Positions 26,205 to 37,320 are shown, numbered from the stretch's first letter. The stretch is DNA of 64,000 nt from an uncultured Candidatus Saccharibacteria bacterium (GCA_964651115.1 CAZYXJ010000001.1:213077-277076); one strand, 5' to 3'. A program made the numbers and translations. Notes: generated from the letters alone by a model not told the origin.

Positions 26205-27863
26205 TTAGTAATCCATCCCACCCATACCCGGATGAGCATGACCGCCGGCCGCGGCCGACTTCTCCTCCGGCTCATCAGTCACCGCCACCTCGGTGGTTAA
26301 GAGGATGGCCGCCGCACTGGCCGCGCGCTCGATGCCCGTGCGCGTCACCTTCACCGGATCAACGATGCCCGCCGCAAACATATCCGGCACAATCTCGTCA
26401 GCGTTAGCATCATAACCCTCATTGCCCTTGGCTGATTTGATCTTCTCCACAATCACTTCCCCATTATCTTTGCCCGCGTTAATGGCAATTTGTCGGAGCG
26501 GCGCCTCTAGCGCCTTAAGAACGATCTTAACGCCCGTAGCAAACTCGTCAGCAATATCGGGCGAGGTGGGCTTAAGCGTCTTACTACCAACCTTGGCTCC
26601 GGCCCGTACCAGGGCCGTGCCACCACCAGAGACAATACCCTCTTCGATGGCCGCCTTCGTCGCCTCGACGGCATCTTCGACTTTTAATTTTAAATACTTC
26701 ATCTCCGCTTCGGTCGAGGCGCCCACGCGGATCACGGCAACGCCACCCGACAACTTACCCAAGCGCTCCCGCAGCTTTTCCTTATCATAAGACGATTCGG
26801 TCGTCTCCAGCTGAGTCTTGATCTGGGCCACCCGCTCCTGGATGTCGGCCTTCTTGCCGGCCCCGCCCACGATCGTGGTGCCATCCTTAGTCGCCACCAC
26901 CTTGCGCGCTCGACCCAACTGCTTAAGCTCGACCGTTTCTAACTTCAAGCCCAAACTCTCCGAGATCAATTGACCGCCCGTCAGCGCGGCAATGTCCTCG
27001 AGCATCTCTTTGCGACGATCGCCATAACCCGGCGCCTTAATCGCGAGAGTGTGGAAGATTCCCCGGATCTTATTTAGCACCAGGGTAGGCAGCGCTTCGC
27101 CATCAACATCTTCCGCGATAATCACCAACTCTTTCTTACCGGTCTGGGCCAACTTTTCCAGCAGAGGCAAGATGTCTTTAATTGACGAGATCTTACGGTC
27201 GGTGATCAAAATTGACGCGTCATTATAGACGGCCTCCATCCGCTCCGAGTCAGTGATCATGTAGGGCGAAACGTAACCCTTATCAAACTGCATACCTTCC
27301 ACCAACTCACTCTCGACGCCAAAAGATTGAGACTCCTCCACCGTCACCACGCCGTCCTTGCCGACTTGCTCAATCGCCTCGGCAATAATGGCGCCAAACT
27401 CTTCGCTCTCCGCCGAGATGGCCGCTACTTGCCGGATCTCTTCGCTCGACTTAATCGGCTTAGCCAGTGATTTGAGCGCTTCCACTACTTCGCGCGCGGC
27501 GGCCTCAATCCCCAAGCGGACGCCCATGGCATTAGCGCCAAGCGTCGTCTTTTTAAAACCTTCTTCGATAATCGCCTGAGCCAAAACGACGGCCGTTGTC
27601 GTCCCATCACCGGCCATGTCGTTGGTCTTGCCGGCGACGTCTTTAATAATCTCCGCGCCCAAATTTTCGACGCGATTCTTGAGAGTAATTTCTTTCGCGA
27701 TCGAAACGCCGTCGTTAGTAATCGTCGGCGCGCCAAAACCTTTATCCAAAATGACGTTGCGACCCTTGGGGCCGATGGTAATTTTTACCGCGCTTGCGAC
27801 CGCGTCCACGCCCCGCTTAATCGCCTGCCGCGCCTCATCTCCGTACAGAATTTGTTTTGCCAT
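26205..27863 (-). CDS. groL: Chaperonin GroEL (Cpn60)
   Basis: 552 aa with the [12 protein letters not shown] signature and a GGM-type C-terminal tail (MGGMDY). Confidence 0.95.
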   Translation of the reverse strand: MAKQILYGDEARQAIKRGVDAVASAVKITIGPKGRNVILDKGFGAPTITNDGVSIAKEITLKNRVENLGAEIIKDVAGKTNDMAGDGTTTAVVLAQAIIEEGFKKTTLGANAMGVRLGIEAAAREVVEALKSLAKPIKSSEEIRQVAAISAESEEFGAIIAEAIEQVGKDGVVTVEESQSFGVESELVEGMQFDKGYVSPYMITDSERMEAVYNDASILITDRKISSIKDILPLLEKLAQTGKKELVIIAEDVDGEALPTLVLNKIRGIFHTLAIKAPGYGDRRKEMLEDIAALTGGQLISESLGLKLETVELKQLGRARKVVATKDGTTIVGGAGKKADIQERVAQIKTQLETTESSYDKEKLRERLGKLSGGVAVIRVGASTEAEMKYLKLKVEDAVEATKAAIEEGIVSGGGTALVRAGAKVGSKTLKPTSPDIADEFATGVKIVLKALEAPLRQIAINAGKDNGEVIVEKIKSAKGNEGYDANADEIVPDMFAAGIVDPVKVTRTGIERAASAAAILLTTEVAVTDEPEEKSAAAGGHAHPGMGGMDY

Positions 27864-27884
27864 AGTGTCTTTTTAGTTAGTGGA

Positions 27885-28190
27885 TTATTCGATGACGGCC
27901 AAAATATTGGCTTCGCTAATAATGAAGTATTCCTTGCCCTCGACCTTAATCTCGTCCGGTCCATATTTAGAGAAGATGATCCGATCACCCTTCTTGACGC
28001 TCGGCGCGATCCGCGAACCATCTTCGGTGAGCCGACCAGGACCAACGGCCACCACCGTCCCTTGCTCGCCCCGCTCCTTAGACACCGTCTCCGGGATGAT
28101 GATCCCGCTTTTGGTCTGCTGTAATTCGGCTGCCGAAAGAGGCAGAACCAACACCCGATCACCCAATGGCTTAATGTTGATCTTGCTCAT
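27885..28190 (-). CDS. groS: Co-chaperonin GroES (Cpn10)
   Basis: 101 aa, MSKINIKPLGDRVLV... plus the mobile-loop motif, directly upstream of groEL. Confidence 0.95.
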   Translation of the reverse strand: MSKINIKPLGDRVLVLPLSAAELQQTKSGIIIPETVSKERGEQGTVVAVGPGRLTEDGSRIAPSVKKGDRIIFSKYGPDEIKVEGKEYFIISEANILAVIE

Positions 28191-28296
28191 ATTATTTTTA
28201 GATTACCTAATAATGCGGCTTTCATTATAATGGCCCTGGGCGCTTCGTCAAATCGAGTTGCATTCTTTGTCGACCATGTTATACTCCCGGGCATAG

Positions 28297-28527
28297 ATGG
28301 AAACTCTCATCAACATCCTCCCGTGGATTCACGCGGCGGTAGCCATTCTGTTGGTAGTCGTTATTTTGATCCAACGCAGTAGCGAGGGTCTTGGTAGCGC
28401 CTTCGGCGGATCCAGCACCGGCGGCGTCTTTCACACCAAGCGCGGTCTCGAGAAACATCTATTTATCCTGACGGTAATCCTCGCCATCGGTTTTGGTCTC
28501 ACTAGTCTAGCCCAACTTCTGTTTTAA
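28297..28527 (+). CDS. secG: Preprotein translocase subunit SecG
   Basis: 76 aa with two TM segments and a central Gly-rich loop (GLGSAFGGSSTGG). Confidence 0.7.
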   Translation: METLINILPWIHAAVAILLVVVILIQRSSEGLGSAFGGSSTGGVFHTKRGLEKHLFILTVILAIGFGLTSLAQLLF

Positions 28528-28571
28528 ACGATTACCTTAAGATTTAGACTTAAAACTTTCGCCATCAATCA

Positions 28572-30302
28572 ATGGCCATCCCCTTCTTCTCTCATCTTTC
28601 AACCGAGCGGCAAAATGAGCTAGCCGCCGCCCTCCAAACTCTGCCTCCGGCGCGGCGGCGATTATTGGTTGGGCTCGGGGTGGTGCTCGTCGCCGCCGTC
28701 ATCGGACTTTTGTGGCAAATCAATAATCTGGTCTCGGTTGAGGTACCCAGCGCTGGCGGTTCGCTCCACGAAGGGATTGTGGGCACGCCGCGCTTCATTA
28801 ATCCTCTACTTGCCATCTCTGACGCCGACCGCGACCTAACCGCTCTAACTTATTCCGGACTAATGCGCGCCATGCCCGAGGGGGAACTAACTCCCGACCT
28901 CGCCGCTAGCCATCAGGTATCGGAAGATGGTTTAACTCATACTTTTATCTTGCGATCCGATCTCACCTGGCACGACGGCCAACCACTCACGGCCTCCGAC
29001 GTGGCCTTTACCATTGCCAAAGCCCAAGATCCGCTTCTGAAAAGTCCCCGCCGCCCCAACTGGGAAGGGGTGCGCGTAGAAGTCGTAAATGATCACGAAA
29101 TTAAGTTCCATCTTAAGGAGCGCTACCCCGCTTTCCTCGAAGTGGCGACAATGGGTATTCTGCCCCAACATCTCTGGTCTAACTTGGCCATCGATCAGTT
29201 TTCGTTTACCGACTTAAATAATTCCCCGGTCGGCTCTGGACCTTATCGCGTCACCAAAGTCACTCGCGACGACGACGGCATTCCGCGGGAGATGGAGCTT
29301 GCCGCCTTTAACAACTTTGCTCTGGGCCGACCTTATCTCCGACGGCTGATCATCACCTTTTATCCCACCGAAACCAGCTTGATTGAGGCCTATCAGCAAT
29401 CCGAGATCGAAAGTCTTAGCGCCATCTCGGCCTCGGCCGCCGCAGCCCTAGAAGAGGGTGGGGCGAATATTAAACATCTGCCCCTGCCGCGAGTTTTCGC
29501 CGTCTTCTTTAATCAAAACAAGTCTCAAGTCTTTACCCAAAAAGAGGTCCGCCTGGCGCTTTCGCAAGCCATTGATCGCCAAGCGTTAGTAGAAAAAATT
29601 CTACACGGTTACGGTCTACCGACGGCCGAACCTCTACCGACGGCTAACGCCAGCAGTACTCTCGTAGCTAGCAGTACCGACCCGCTAGCCCAAGCCCGCG
29701 CCACGCTCACCGCCGGCGGCTGGACTTGGAACGCCTCCTCAGAATCATGGAGCAAGAAAATCAAAAACGAGACGGTGCCACTGCGCTTTAATTTGGCGAC
29801 CGCCGAGACGCCTGAGTTGCGCGAGGCCGCCGAGTTCGTTAAGACCAGTTGGGAAAAGTTGGGCGTCACCGTCGACTTAAAAATTTACGAGCTCGGCGAT
29901 CTTAATCAAGACGTGATCCGACCACGCGAGTATGAAAGTTTGCTCTTTGGCCAAGTTTTGGGACGAGTGCCCGACCTAGCTTCGTTCTGGCATTCTTCCC
30001 AGCGACTTGATCCTGGACTAAACATCGCGCTGTACACCAACATCACCGTCGACAAATTGCTCGCCGAGATGCGCGCGACGCCGGACGAAGCGGAACGCGA
30101 AGAGCTTAATGCCCGCATCGCCAAAACGATTGCCGCGGACGTGCCGGCCGCCTTCTTGTACGCTCCGGACCTGGTGTATCTAGTGCCCGCGCGAATTAAA
30201 AATGTGTCTTTCCCCCAACCCAACACCGCGTCTGACCGCTTTGCCGCCATCCATACTTGGTATAGCGCTACCGATCGGATTTGGAAAATATTTAATCAGT
30301 AA
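28572..30302 (+). CDS. ABC transporter substrate-binding protein, family 5 (oligopeptide/dipeptide-binding, OppA/DppA-like), membrane-anchored
   Basis: 576 aa with N-terminal TM anchor and an SBP_bac_5-like architecture. No cognate permease genes are adjacent. Confidence 0.65.
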   Translation: MAIPFFSHLSTERQNELAAALQTLPPARRRLLVGLGVVLVAAVIGLLWQINNLVSVEVPSAGGSLHEGIVGTPRFINPLLAISDADRDLTALTYSGLMRAMPEGELTPDLAASHQVSEDGLTHTFILRSDLTWHDGQPLTASDVAFTIAKAQDPLLKSPRRPNWEGVRVEVVNDHEIKFHLKERYPAFLEVATMGILPQHLWSNLAIDQFSFTDLNNSPVGSGPYRVTKVTRDDDGIPREMELAAFNNFALGRPYLRRLIITFYPTETSLIEAYQQSEIESLSAISASAAAALEEGGANIKHLPLPRVFAVFFNQNKSQVFTQKEVRLALSQAIDRQALVEKILHGYGLPTAEPLPTANASSTLVASSTDPLAQARATLTAGGWTWNASSESWSKKIKNETVPLRFNLATAETPELREAAEFVKTSWEKLGVTVDLKIYELGDLNQDVIRPREYESLLFGQVLGRVPDLASFWHSSQRLDPGLNIALYTNITVDKLLAEMRATPDEAEREELNARIAKTIAADVPAAFLYAPDLVYLVPARIKNVSFPQPNTASDRFAAIHTWYSATDRIWKIFNQ

Positions 30303-30317
30303 ATTAATTTAATTCTT

Positions 30318-32096
30318 ATGTCTACTCGCAATCGTCCTCCCCGTTCTGGCCGCAATGGTCGCGGTCCCCGCGCCCCCGAGCGTTCGCGCGCTGGCACCGG
30401 CACGGTGCCAGCGCTCATCCCCGGCAACGTCCGCATCATCACCTTGGGCGGCGTTGAGGAGATTGGCAAAAACATGACGGCCATCGAATTCGGTAACGAC
30501 ATTGTCGTCATCGACGCCGGCCTCCAATTCCCTGACGAAAATCAGCCGGGCGTTGATTACATTATTCCCGACACCACCTATCTCGAAGAAAATAAGGGTC
30601 GCATCCGCGGCATGATCGTCACTCACGGTCACCTCGATCACATCGGCGGCATTCCTTTCATCATGCCCAAGCTTGGCAATCCGACGCTTTACACCCGCAA
30701 CCTAACGGCGATCATGATTAAAAAACGGCAAGAAGAATTTGCTCACTTGCCCAAGTTCCCGATCGAGATTATCGAAAACGATAGTCGCATCCGACTCGGC
30801 GATTTGTCGATCCGCTTCTTTGGCGTCACTCACACCATCCCCGACTCAATGGGTATTATCGTCGAGACGCCCTACGGCGGCATTGTTTGCCCTGGCGACT
30901 TTAAACTCGAACACGAAGGCGGCGTGCCCAGCGAGCGCGAACTTAATTCCTACAAAATCTTTGACGACTATCCCGTCCTGGCGCTGATGGCCGACTCAAC
31001 CAACGTCGAAAACCCCGGCTTTTCCGTTCCGGAAAAAGAAGTTCACAAGGGCTTGGAAGAAATTATCAAAAACGTTTCGGGCCGCCTGGTGATCGGACTC
31101 TTTGCTTCTCAACTCGAACGCATCATCAAGGTCATCGAGATTGCGGAAAAATATGGCCGCCACATCGTCGTTGAGGGCCGCAGCATGAAGACCAATATTG
31201 AAGTGGCTCAACTGGCCGGCATGCTTAAGCCCAAGAAAGACACGATTATTCCCGCTCAAGAATCTGGCTCTTACCCCGATAACAAAATTTTAGTCCTGGC
31301 GACCGGCGCCCAAGGCGAGGAGTTTGCGGCTTTAATGCGCATGGCCACGGGCACTCACAAGGCCTTTAAGTTTAAGGCGGGCGACACTGTCGTGCTCTCC
31401 TCCTCGATCATCCCAGGCAACGAACGCACGGTAGAAAAACTCAAAGACAATATCGCCCGCCAAGGCGCCCGAATCGTCCACTACCGCAGTTCGGAAGTCT
31501 ACATCCACTCATCCGGTCACGGCAATCGCGGCGAAATTGAGTGGCTCCACAAAAAACTCAAGCCTCGCTTCCTCATCCCCGTTCACGGCAATCATTACCG
31601 TCTCCGCCTGCACGGCGAACTAGGAGTAGAAAACGGCATTCCGGAAGAGAACGTGGTCATCCCTGACGACGGCATGGTGATCGACATCGTTGATGATGGT
31701 CAGAAGATCACGCCACTTAAGCAAACCGCCTCGAGCAAGCTCGTGATGGTGGACGGCCTCGGAACCAACAACATCCAAGAAGTCGTCATCCGCGACCGCC
31801 AGATGCTCGCCCAAGATGGGATGTTTGTGATCATCGCCATCATCGATGTCAAAACTGGCAAGGTTCGCAAATCGCCCGACATCATCTCCCGCGGCTTTAT
31901 CTATCTCAAAGAATCACAAGATCTGTTGCGCCACGTCCGCATGGTCACAAAAAAGAAAATCGAGGAGGCCACCGCCCAGATGCATCCGATCAACTTTGAT
32001 TACGTTAAGAACGTCGTCCGCGAAGAAGTGGGTCGCTTCCTCTTCCAAAAAACTCATAATCGTCCAGTTATCCTCCCCGTCCTGATTGAGGTGTAG
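30318..32096 (+). CDS. rnj: Ribonuclease J (metallo-beta-lactamase/beta-CASP RNase)
   Basis: 592 aa with THGHLDHIGG zinc motif, beta-CASP and C-terminal domain arrangement typical of RNase J. Confidence 0.85.
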   Translation: MSTRNRPPRSGRNGRGPRAPERSRAGTGTVPALIPGNVRIITLGGVEEIGKNMTAIEFGNDIVVIDAGLQFPDENQPGVDYIIPDTTYLEENKGRIRGMIVTHGHLDHIGGIPFIMPKLGNPTLYTRNLTAIMIKKRQEEFAHLPKFPIEIIENDSRIRLGDLSIRFFGVTHTIPDSMGIIVETPYGGIVCPGDFKLEHEGGVPSERELNSYKIFDDYPVLALMADSTNVENPGFSVPEKEVHKGLEEIIKNVSGRLVIGLFASQLERIIKVIEIAEKYGRHIVVEGRSMKTNIEVAQLAGMLKPKKDTIIPAQESGSYPDNKILVLATGAQGEEFAALMRMATGTHKAFKFKAGDTVVLSSSIIPGNERTVEKLKDNIARQGARIVHYRSSEVYIHSSGHGNRGEIEWLHKKLKPRFLIPVHGNHYRLRLHGELGVENGIPEENVVIPDDGMVIDIVDDGQKITPLKQTASSKLVMVDGLGTNNIQEVVIRDRQMLAQDGMFVIIAIIDVKTGKVRKSPDIISRGFIYLKESQDLLRHVRMVTKKKIEEATAQMHPINFDYVKNVVREEVGRFLFQKTHNRPVILPVLIEV

Positions 32097-32119
32097 AGTA
32101 AGTGTAATATAATGAAAGG

Positions 32120-33301
32120 GTGACCTTAACACCCGCCACTAAACGACGTTTACGCTACGCGATTTATTTAGGTGGATTTTTTCTCAATGCCAGCTCGGCT
32201 CTGACGGCCTACATCAACTCCTCGTTCTTAAATCAATTCGCTCCAGAAAAATTTGTGGGGATCTTTTATGTGGTCGCCTCGCTCGTCAGTTTAATTGGCG
32301 CCATCGCGCTTACCGAGCTAGCCCACCGCCACGGACCAAGAAAAATTCTAGCCGGGCTAAGTGCCGTGGTAGCGGGGCTACTCTTGACTCTCACTCTCAC
32401 CAGCTCCGCCCTCATCTCAATTTTGGCGCTCTTGGCGTATCTGGTGACCTCCTATCTCTTGGCTATTACCCTCGACATCCAACTTGAGCAACTCTCAACC
32501 CATGCCATTACTGGACGGATCAGAGGTCTCTTTCTAACTCTCGTTAATCTGGCCTGGCTACTCTCGCCACTCTTAGCCACCTACCTAGTCGGCAAAAACG
32601 GTTTTAGCAGTGTCTATCTAATCTCTTTTGCCGCCCTGCTCCCCTTGCTCATTTGGGCCACTACCGCGACCAAAACAAAAAATCCCCGTCACGAGCGCTT
32701 TACCTTACTTAAAACTCTGCGCCGGATCAGCTTTGGCAAAACCGCCAAAGCCAGCGCTCTGCGTCGCATCCTAGTAGTGGATCTGGCACTTAACTTTTTC
32801 TACGCCACAATGGTGATCTATACTCCAATCTTTCTCAACCGCGTCCTCGGCTTTGACTGGCTGACCATCGGCAAAATTTTCACCATCATGCTCCTCCCCT
32901 TTGTCCTGATCGATTTCGTCCTGGGCCAAATTGCCGATACTACACTCGGAGAAAAAGAATTGTTGCTTATTGGTCTAGGAGTCGCGGGCGTCAGCACTGG
33001 CAGTCTCGCCTTCTTAACCACCAATTCTGCGTTTGTGTGGGCCGTCATGCTCTTTGCCACTCGAGTCGGAGCAGCCACGATTGAAATGATGAAGGAATCT
33101 TATCTCTTTAAACAAATTGACGGCGGCGACATTAACACCATCTTTCTCTCACGCGCCACCTACCCGCTGGCTTACATTATTGCTCCGGTCCTCGCCACCG
33201 CCGCTCTCTTGGTGATGCCACTTCAAAATCTTTACTTTGGTCTGGGACTAGTCCTGCTCGCAATGATCCCCGTCGCCAGCAAACTTAAGGATACGCGCTA
33301 A
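32120..33301 (+). CDS. MFS transporter
   Basis: 393 aa with ~12 predicted TM helices. Confidence 0.6.
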   Translation: MTLTPATKRRLRYAIYLGGFFLNASSALTAYINSSFLNQFAPEKFVGIFYVVASLVSLIGAIALTELAHRHGPRKILAGLSAVVAGLLLTLTLTSSALISILALLAYLVTSYLLAITLDIQLEQLSTHAITGRIRGLFLTLVNLAWLLSPLLATYLVGKNGFSSVYLISFAALLPLLIWATTATKTKNPRHERFTLLKTLRRISFGKTAKASALRRILVVDLALNFFYATMVIYTPIFLNRVLGFDWLTIGKIFTIMLLPFVLIDFVLGQIADTTLGEKELLLIGLGVAGVSTGSLAFLTTNSAFVWAVMLFATRVGAATIEMMKESYLFKQIDGGDINTIFLSRATYPLAYIIAPVLATAALLVMPLQNLYFGLGLVLLAMIPVASKLKDTR

Positions 33302-33302
33302 T

Positions 33303-33342
33303 TTTTACAAAAAGAAAACCCCGCCGTTAGCTACGCGCGGGG
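33303..33342 (-). terminator. Rho-independent terminator oriented for minus-strand transcription
   Basis: Minus strand reads ccccgc-gcgtagctaacg-gcgggg followed by ttttctttttg. Confidence 0.5.
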
Positions 33343-33829
33343 ACCTCAATTGAGGATTTCTGCGGGCCTTAACATATAAATGAGCAACGATATCCAGACC
33401 CAACGTTCTCGTCGCCCAGAGAGATTCGATTCTCGATTTGACTCACTCCTCGACTGATTCTGGTTATAATCTCTCAAATTACCCAGATAAGCCGAAGAGT
33501 AAAGATTGATTGAAATGAACTAATCCTTTTTAATGAACTGGCGCGGACAATCAACCAAACTCCACGACAGGCATCGATTCAACGATCCTCGCGCTCCTCT
33601 CTCGCTAGCTACTAATCGATCACAATCTCACTAGCGAGACTACAGGAGAAGATAACTACCGACGCGATTTGTCAGACTTACTTGGGACTAAGCCCTTCCG
33701 ATACGATGCAAGCAGTTCCGCTGACCTGAGGAACCTGCACCCCATTTCAACCTGCCACCATCATAGCACATACAAAAATCCTGTCAAGTATTTTTAGTAC
33801 TTTAACAATAAAACGGCCAAGTTGAGCCA

Positions 33830-36793
33830 TTATTTCATCATTCGGCTGAGGCGGCAGCCCAAACAATCCTTTTCACCACAGCCCCGCTTAACAAATTCGC
33901 CCGACACGATCTCCCCCGTCACCCGATCAAGCAGGTCACGGACCGTCGCCTCATCGGCAGGCGGAATTTCGAAAGCTTCGCGCTTAAATTTTCCACTCTC
34001 ACTCGGCTCCACAAAATCCACCATCGCGCTAGCCACCTTAAAGCGTCCGCGCTCGCACTCTTCGATCAAAATTTTATAGAACACCAACTGACGATAAATA
34101 TCTCCCGTCGAATTTTTGGTCGTACCTAAAATTTCGTTACGACTCTTGGGCGACATTGTTTTATAGTCCACGATCTGTACCGTCTCGGGACTCAGAAATT
34201 CGATCTTATCGATCTTGCCCACCAATTTGAGATCGGGCGTGAGATGACAACCCGGAACTTTATACTCGTTAAGAATCGATCGCGGCCAGCCGCCGACTGG
34301 CGAAGTAGACCAAGTTTGAAACCAGCCAGCCAGCGCTTCTCTACCCCGCACCTGCGCCGCCGCCAAATCTCTTTCCGAAAAAGCTTCATGCTGAACCAGA
34401 CGCTCAAAACTGGCCAACAACGATTCGACGGTCACCTCACCGCCCTCACGATAACGATTAAAAAAAACTTCGAGCGTCCCGTGGATCGCCGTACCATACA
34501 TGGTATGACGATTGCGGATCTGGATCACCCGCAACAAATTAGTAAATAAATAATCAAGCGGGCAGCGCAAATAATTATTTAACCCCGTCGCCGAGAGACC
34601 CTGCTCGCGAAAGCGGCCCGCCAAATAAGCCGGATCAAAAATTGACGCCCCCTGATATTGCCGCGGTGTAAAAATCAAATTGCACTCGGGACGCACCTGG
34701 CTCTCCCACTCCGCCATCGGCTCAAACACCAAGCGCTCCGGATCCAACTCCTCAATAAACTGGCTCGGCAAAAGTGGCCGCCCATCCGATCCCTCAGATG
34801 AGTAACTGAGCGCGACAGCCAAACGCGCGCGAGTGAGCGCCACGTAAAAAAGGCGGCGCTCATCCTCCACCGGATCGGCGGCCGTTGGCACGCCCGCGCG
34901 CGTCGGGATCTTAAAGTATTGCGGCGAACGACGACTCCCCCAACCATTATCCGAAACCCCGATCACGTAGACGTAATCAAACTCCAAACCCTTGGACTTG
35001 TGCGCCGTCATCAACTCCACACCGCTTTGGCCTGCCTCCTGACGAGTCTTGATCCCGCGATGATGCGTCGCCAAACGATTAAGAAATTGAATAAAGTCCG
35101 CCAACCTAAAATTATGATTACTCCGCGAGAGCGCCACCCCCTCGTCGTAGAGCGCGTGTAATTTGCTCAACACCTCCTGGGCTTCGGGCAAACCCAAAAC
35201 ATGCTCCAAATAACCCGACTCCCGCACCACCACCGCGTACAAATCCAAAAAACTCTGATTGGCGGCCAAGCGGGCCCAGCGCTCCAACTTCTGCGACCAA
35301 GATTTTAATTTTTTCTTACGGCTGGTCCGCAAGCGCTGCCAGAGCGAACCGCCGGTCGCCTCCTCCCGCAGGGCATAAATTTCTAGAATATCCACTGCCA
35401 CAAAATCGAGATGCAAAAACTCCAGCAACAAGCGATCATCACCAAAACCATTAATCGCTCGCAAGAGAACAATTAATTTTTGCACCTCAATATCTTCTAA
35501 AATATTAGAGTCGGAACGGACCACGAAAGGGACTCCCGCCCGCTCAAAATAATCAATGATCGGTAGCGAGTCGCCATTAGTGCGATAAAGCACGGCCAAC
35601 TGCTCCGGCGGCACACCGGCGGCCAGCTTTGACTTAACCTCTTCTACTAGGTACAACAATTCGTGAGCGGGTTTAGTAAAGGATCTAACTTTAATCGGCA
35701 GGGACGCTCGCTCGGAGCGCGCCACCAGGGGCGACAAACTCTCAGCCGGCAAAGCCTGACTCTTGCTGATCACACTCTGGGCCGCATCCAAAATAAGCTG
35801 GGTCGAACGATAATTATCCGTTAACGTAATTAGCGTCGCTTGAGGAAAAAGTTTTTTAAAATAATTAAAATTATCCAGCGAGGCGCCTTGAAATTGGAAG
35901 ATGGCCTGCTTCTCATCGCCGACAATAAACAAGTTGGGCTGATCGTGGAAACTAGACAGCAGTTCCAACAAACGATTTTGTGACTGATTGGCATCCTGGT
36001 GCTCGTCAGCCAGCACATATTGATATTCTTCTTGAATCTGCAGACGGAAGTCGCTGTCTTCGCCAAGAGCGCGATTAACCTCTAGCAACATATCGCCAAA
36101 ATCGTAGAGACGACGGGTGGCCAACTTGGTTTCGTAAGCCGTGTAAAGTCGGACTAGCTCCTCAGCTTTGGTAATATTGGTCCGCAAAACTTGATACTTA
36201 CCCTTAATCTGGCCCGCGTAGGCCCCTTTCTCGTGACGCAAATCCGGCACGCTCTCGAGCGCCTTCTGCTCGAGCTCAACAATCGCGCGCAGGTCGTCGG
36301 GGCTGACATTTTCGCGCTTGAGTCGATCAATTTCTTGCTGGACCGGAAAGAGATAGTGGAATTGGTCGCCATAGGGTCGGAGGAGCGAGAGATCGCTCTC
36401 CAAAATTGCCTCCTCCAAAATCTGAATCTGATCAATCGGTAAAGCATTGATCGCTCCCACAATACGTGGGAATTTTTCGGGATAACGTCTAATCAACTCG
36501 TTAGCAAAACTATGGAAGGTGTGAATGGGGATCCGGTAGGCGCGACTGCCCACCAACGACACCAGTCGCCGGCGCATCGCGTGGGCGCCGGCATTAGTAA
36601 AAGTTAGCGCCAAGATCGCGTCGGCGGGCGTGTCGGTCTGACGCAAAATGTTGGCGATCCGCAGAGTTAACACTTGAGTCTTGCCCGTGCCAGGACCAGC
36701 CACCACCATCACCGGACCCTCAATCAGATCAACGGCCCGACGTTGAGCGGGATTAAGACGTTGATAGTGTTGCTCAAATTGATCCACCGACAT
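33830..36793 (-). CDS. UvrD/PcrA/AddA-type ATP-dependent DNA helicase fused to a C-terminal PD-(D/E)XK RecB-family nuclease with Cys cluster
   Basis: 987 aa. N-terminal Walker A (AGPGTGKT) and UvrD helicase motifs. C-terminal nuclease region with four Cys (RCPLDY ... CGEKDCLGC), a Cas4/AddB-like arrangement. Confidence 0.75.
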   Translation of the reverse strand: MSVDQFEQHYQRLNPAQRRAVDLIEGPVMVVAGPGTGKTQVLTLRIANILRQTDTPADAILALTFTNAGAHAMRRRLVSLVGSRAYRIPIHTFHSFANELIRRYPEKFPRIVGAINALPIDQIQILEEAILESDLSLLRPYGDQFHYLFPVQQEIDRLKRENVSPDDLRAIVELEQKALESVPDLRHEKGAYAGQIKGKYQVLRTNITKAEELVRLYTAYETKLATRRLYDFGDMLLEVNRALGEDSDFRLQIQEEYQYVLADEHQDANQSQNRLLELLSSFHDQPNLFIVGDEKQAIFQFQGASLDNFNYFKKLFPQATLITLTDNYRSTQLILDAAQSVISKSQALPAESLSPLVARSERASLPIKVRSFTKPAHELLYLVEEVKSKLAAGVPPEQLAVLYRTNGDSLPIIDYFERAGVPFVVRSDSNILEDIEVQKLIVLLRAINGFGDDRLLLEFLHLDFVAVDILEIYALREEATGGSLWQRLRTSRKKKLKSWSQKLERWARLAANQSFLDLYAVVVRESGYLEHVLGLPEAQEVLSKLHALYDEGVALSRSNHNFRLADFIQFLNRLATHHRGIKTRQEAGQSGVELMTAHKSKGLEFDYVYVIGVSDNGWGSRRSPQYFKIPTRAGVPTAADPVEDERRLFYVALTRARLAVALSYSSEGSDGRPLLPSQFIEELDPERLVFEPMAEWESQVRPECNLIFTPRQYQGASIFDPAYLAGRFREQGLSATGLNNYLRCPLDYLFTNLLRVIQIRNRHTMYGTAIHGTLEVFFNRYREGGEVTVESLLASFERLVQHEAFSERDLAAAQVRGREALAGWFQTWSTSPVGGWPRSILNEYKVPGCHLTPDLKLVGKIDKIEFLSPETVQIVDYKTMSPKSRNEILGTTKNSTGDIYRQLVFYKILIEECERGRFKVASAMVDFVEPSESGKFKREAFEIPPADEATVRDLLDRVTGEIVSGEFVKRGCGEKDCLGCRLSRMMK

Positions 36794-36827
36794 TGCCCGG
36801 ATTATACCATTTGCTATAGTCTAAGAT

Positions 36828-37280
36828 ATGACGCTACACGAAACGATTAAAAACGCCATTAAAGAGGCGATGAAGGAGAAGAACTCGGTTAAGCTCACGG
36901 TTATCCGTGGCTTGATCTCGGCCTTTATGAACGAGGCCGTCACCAAGGGTTACAAGCCCGACCAGATCCTCACTGACGAAGAGGCCATCGCCGTCATCAA
37001 GCGACTAGCCAAGCAACGCAAAGACGCCATCGCCCAATTTACCGCCGGTGGCCGAAGTGACTTAGCAGAGAGCGAACAGGCCGAACTCGCCTACGTCGAA
37101 ACCTACTTACCAGCCACCATGCCTCGCGAAGAAATTAAAAAAGTGGCCGAAGGCGTAATCGCCGCCACGGGCGCCACTAAAGCTGACCTAGGCAAGGTGA
37201 TTGGCGCCGTCGTCAAAGAGACCCGCGGCCAAGCCGACGGCGCGGACGTCAAAGCGGTGGTGGAGGAACTCTTAAAATAG
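36828..37280 (+). CDS. GatB/YqeY-domain protein
   Basis: 150 aa, typical YqeY pattern (LHETIKNAIKEAMKEKNSVKLTVIRGL...). Confidence 0.7.
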   Translation: MTLHETIKNAIKEAMKEKNSVKLTVIRGLISAFMNEAVTKGYKPDQILTDEEAIAVIKRLAKQRKDAIAQFTAGGRSDLAESEQAELAYVETYLPATMPREEIKKVAEGVIAATGATKADLGKVIGAVVKETRGQADGADVKAVVEELLK

Positions 37281-37320
37281 TTTTTAAAAAACCTTGGCCA
37301 ATTCGGCCAAGGTTTAAGGT
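37281..37320. terminator. Bidirectional rho-independent terminator between convergent genes
   Basis: aaaccttggcc-aattc-ggccaaggttt, an 11-bp stem flanked by T/A runs on both sides. Confidence 0.6.

Noticed and set aside
28191-28296. Looked for a CIRCE/HrcA operator (TTAGCACTC-N9-GAGTGCTAA) upstream of groES-groEL
   Set aside because: No match to the CIRCE inverted repeat is visible in the groES/secG divergent intergenic region.
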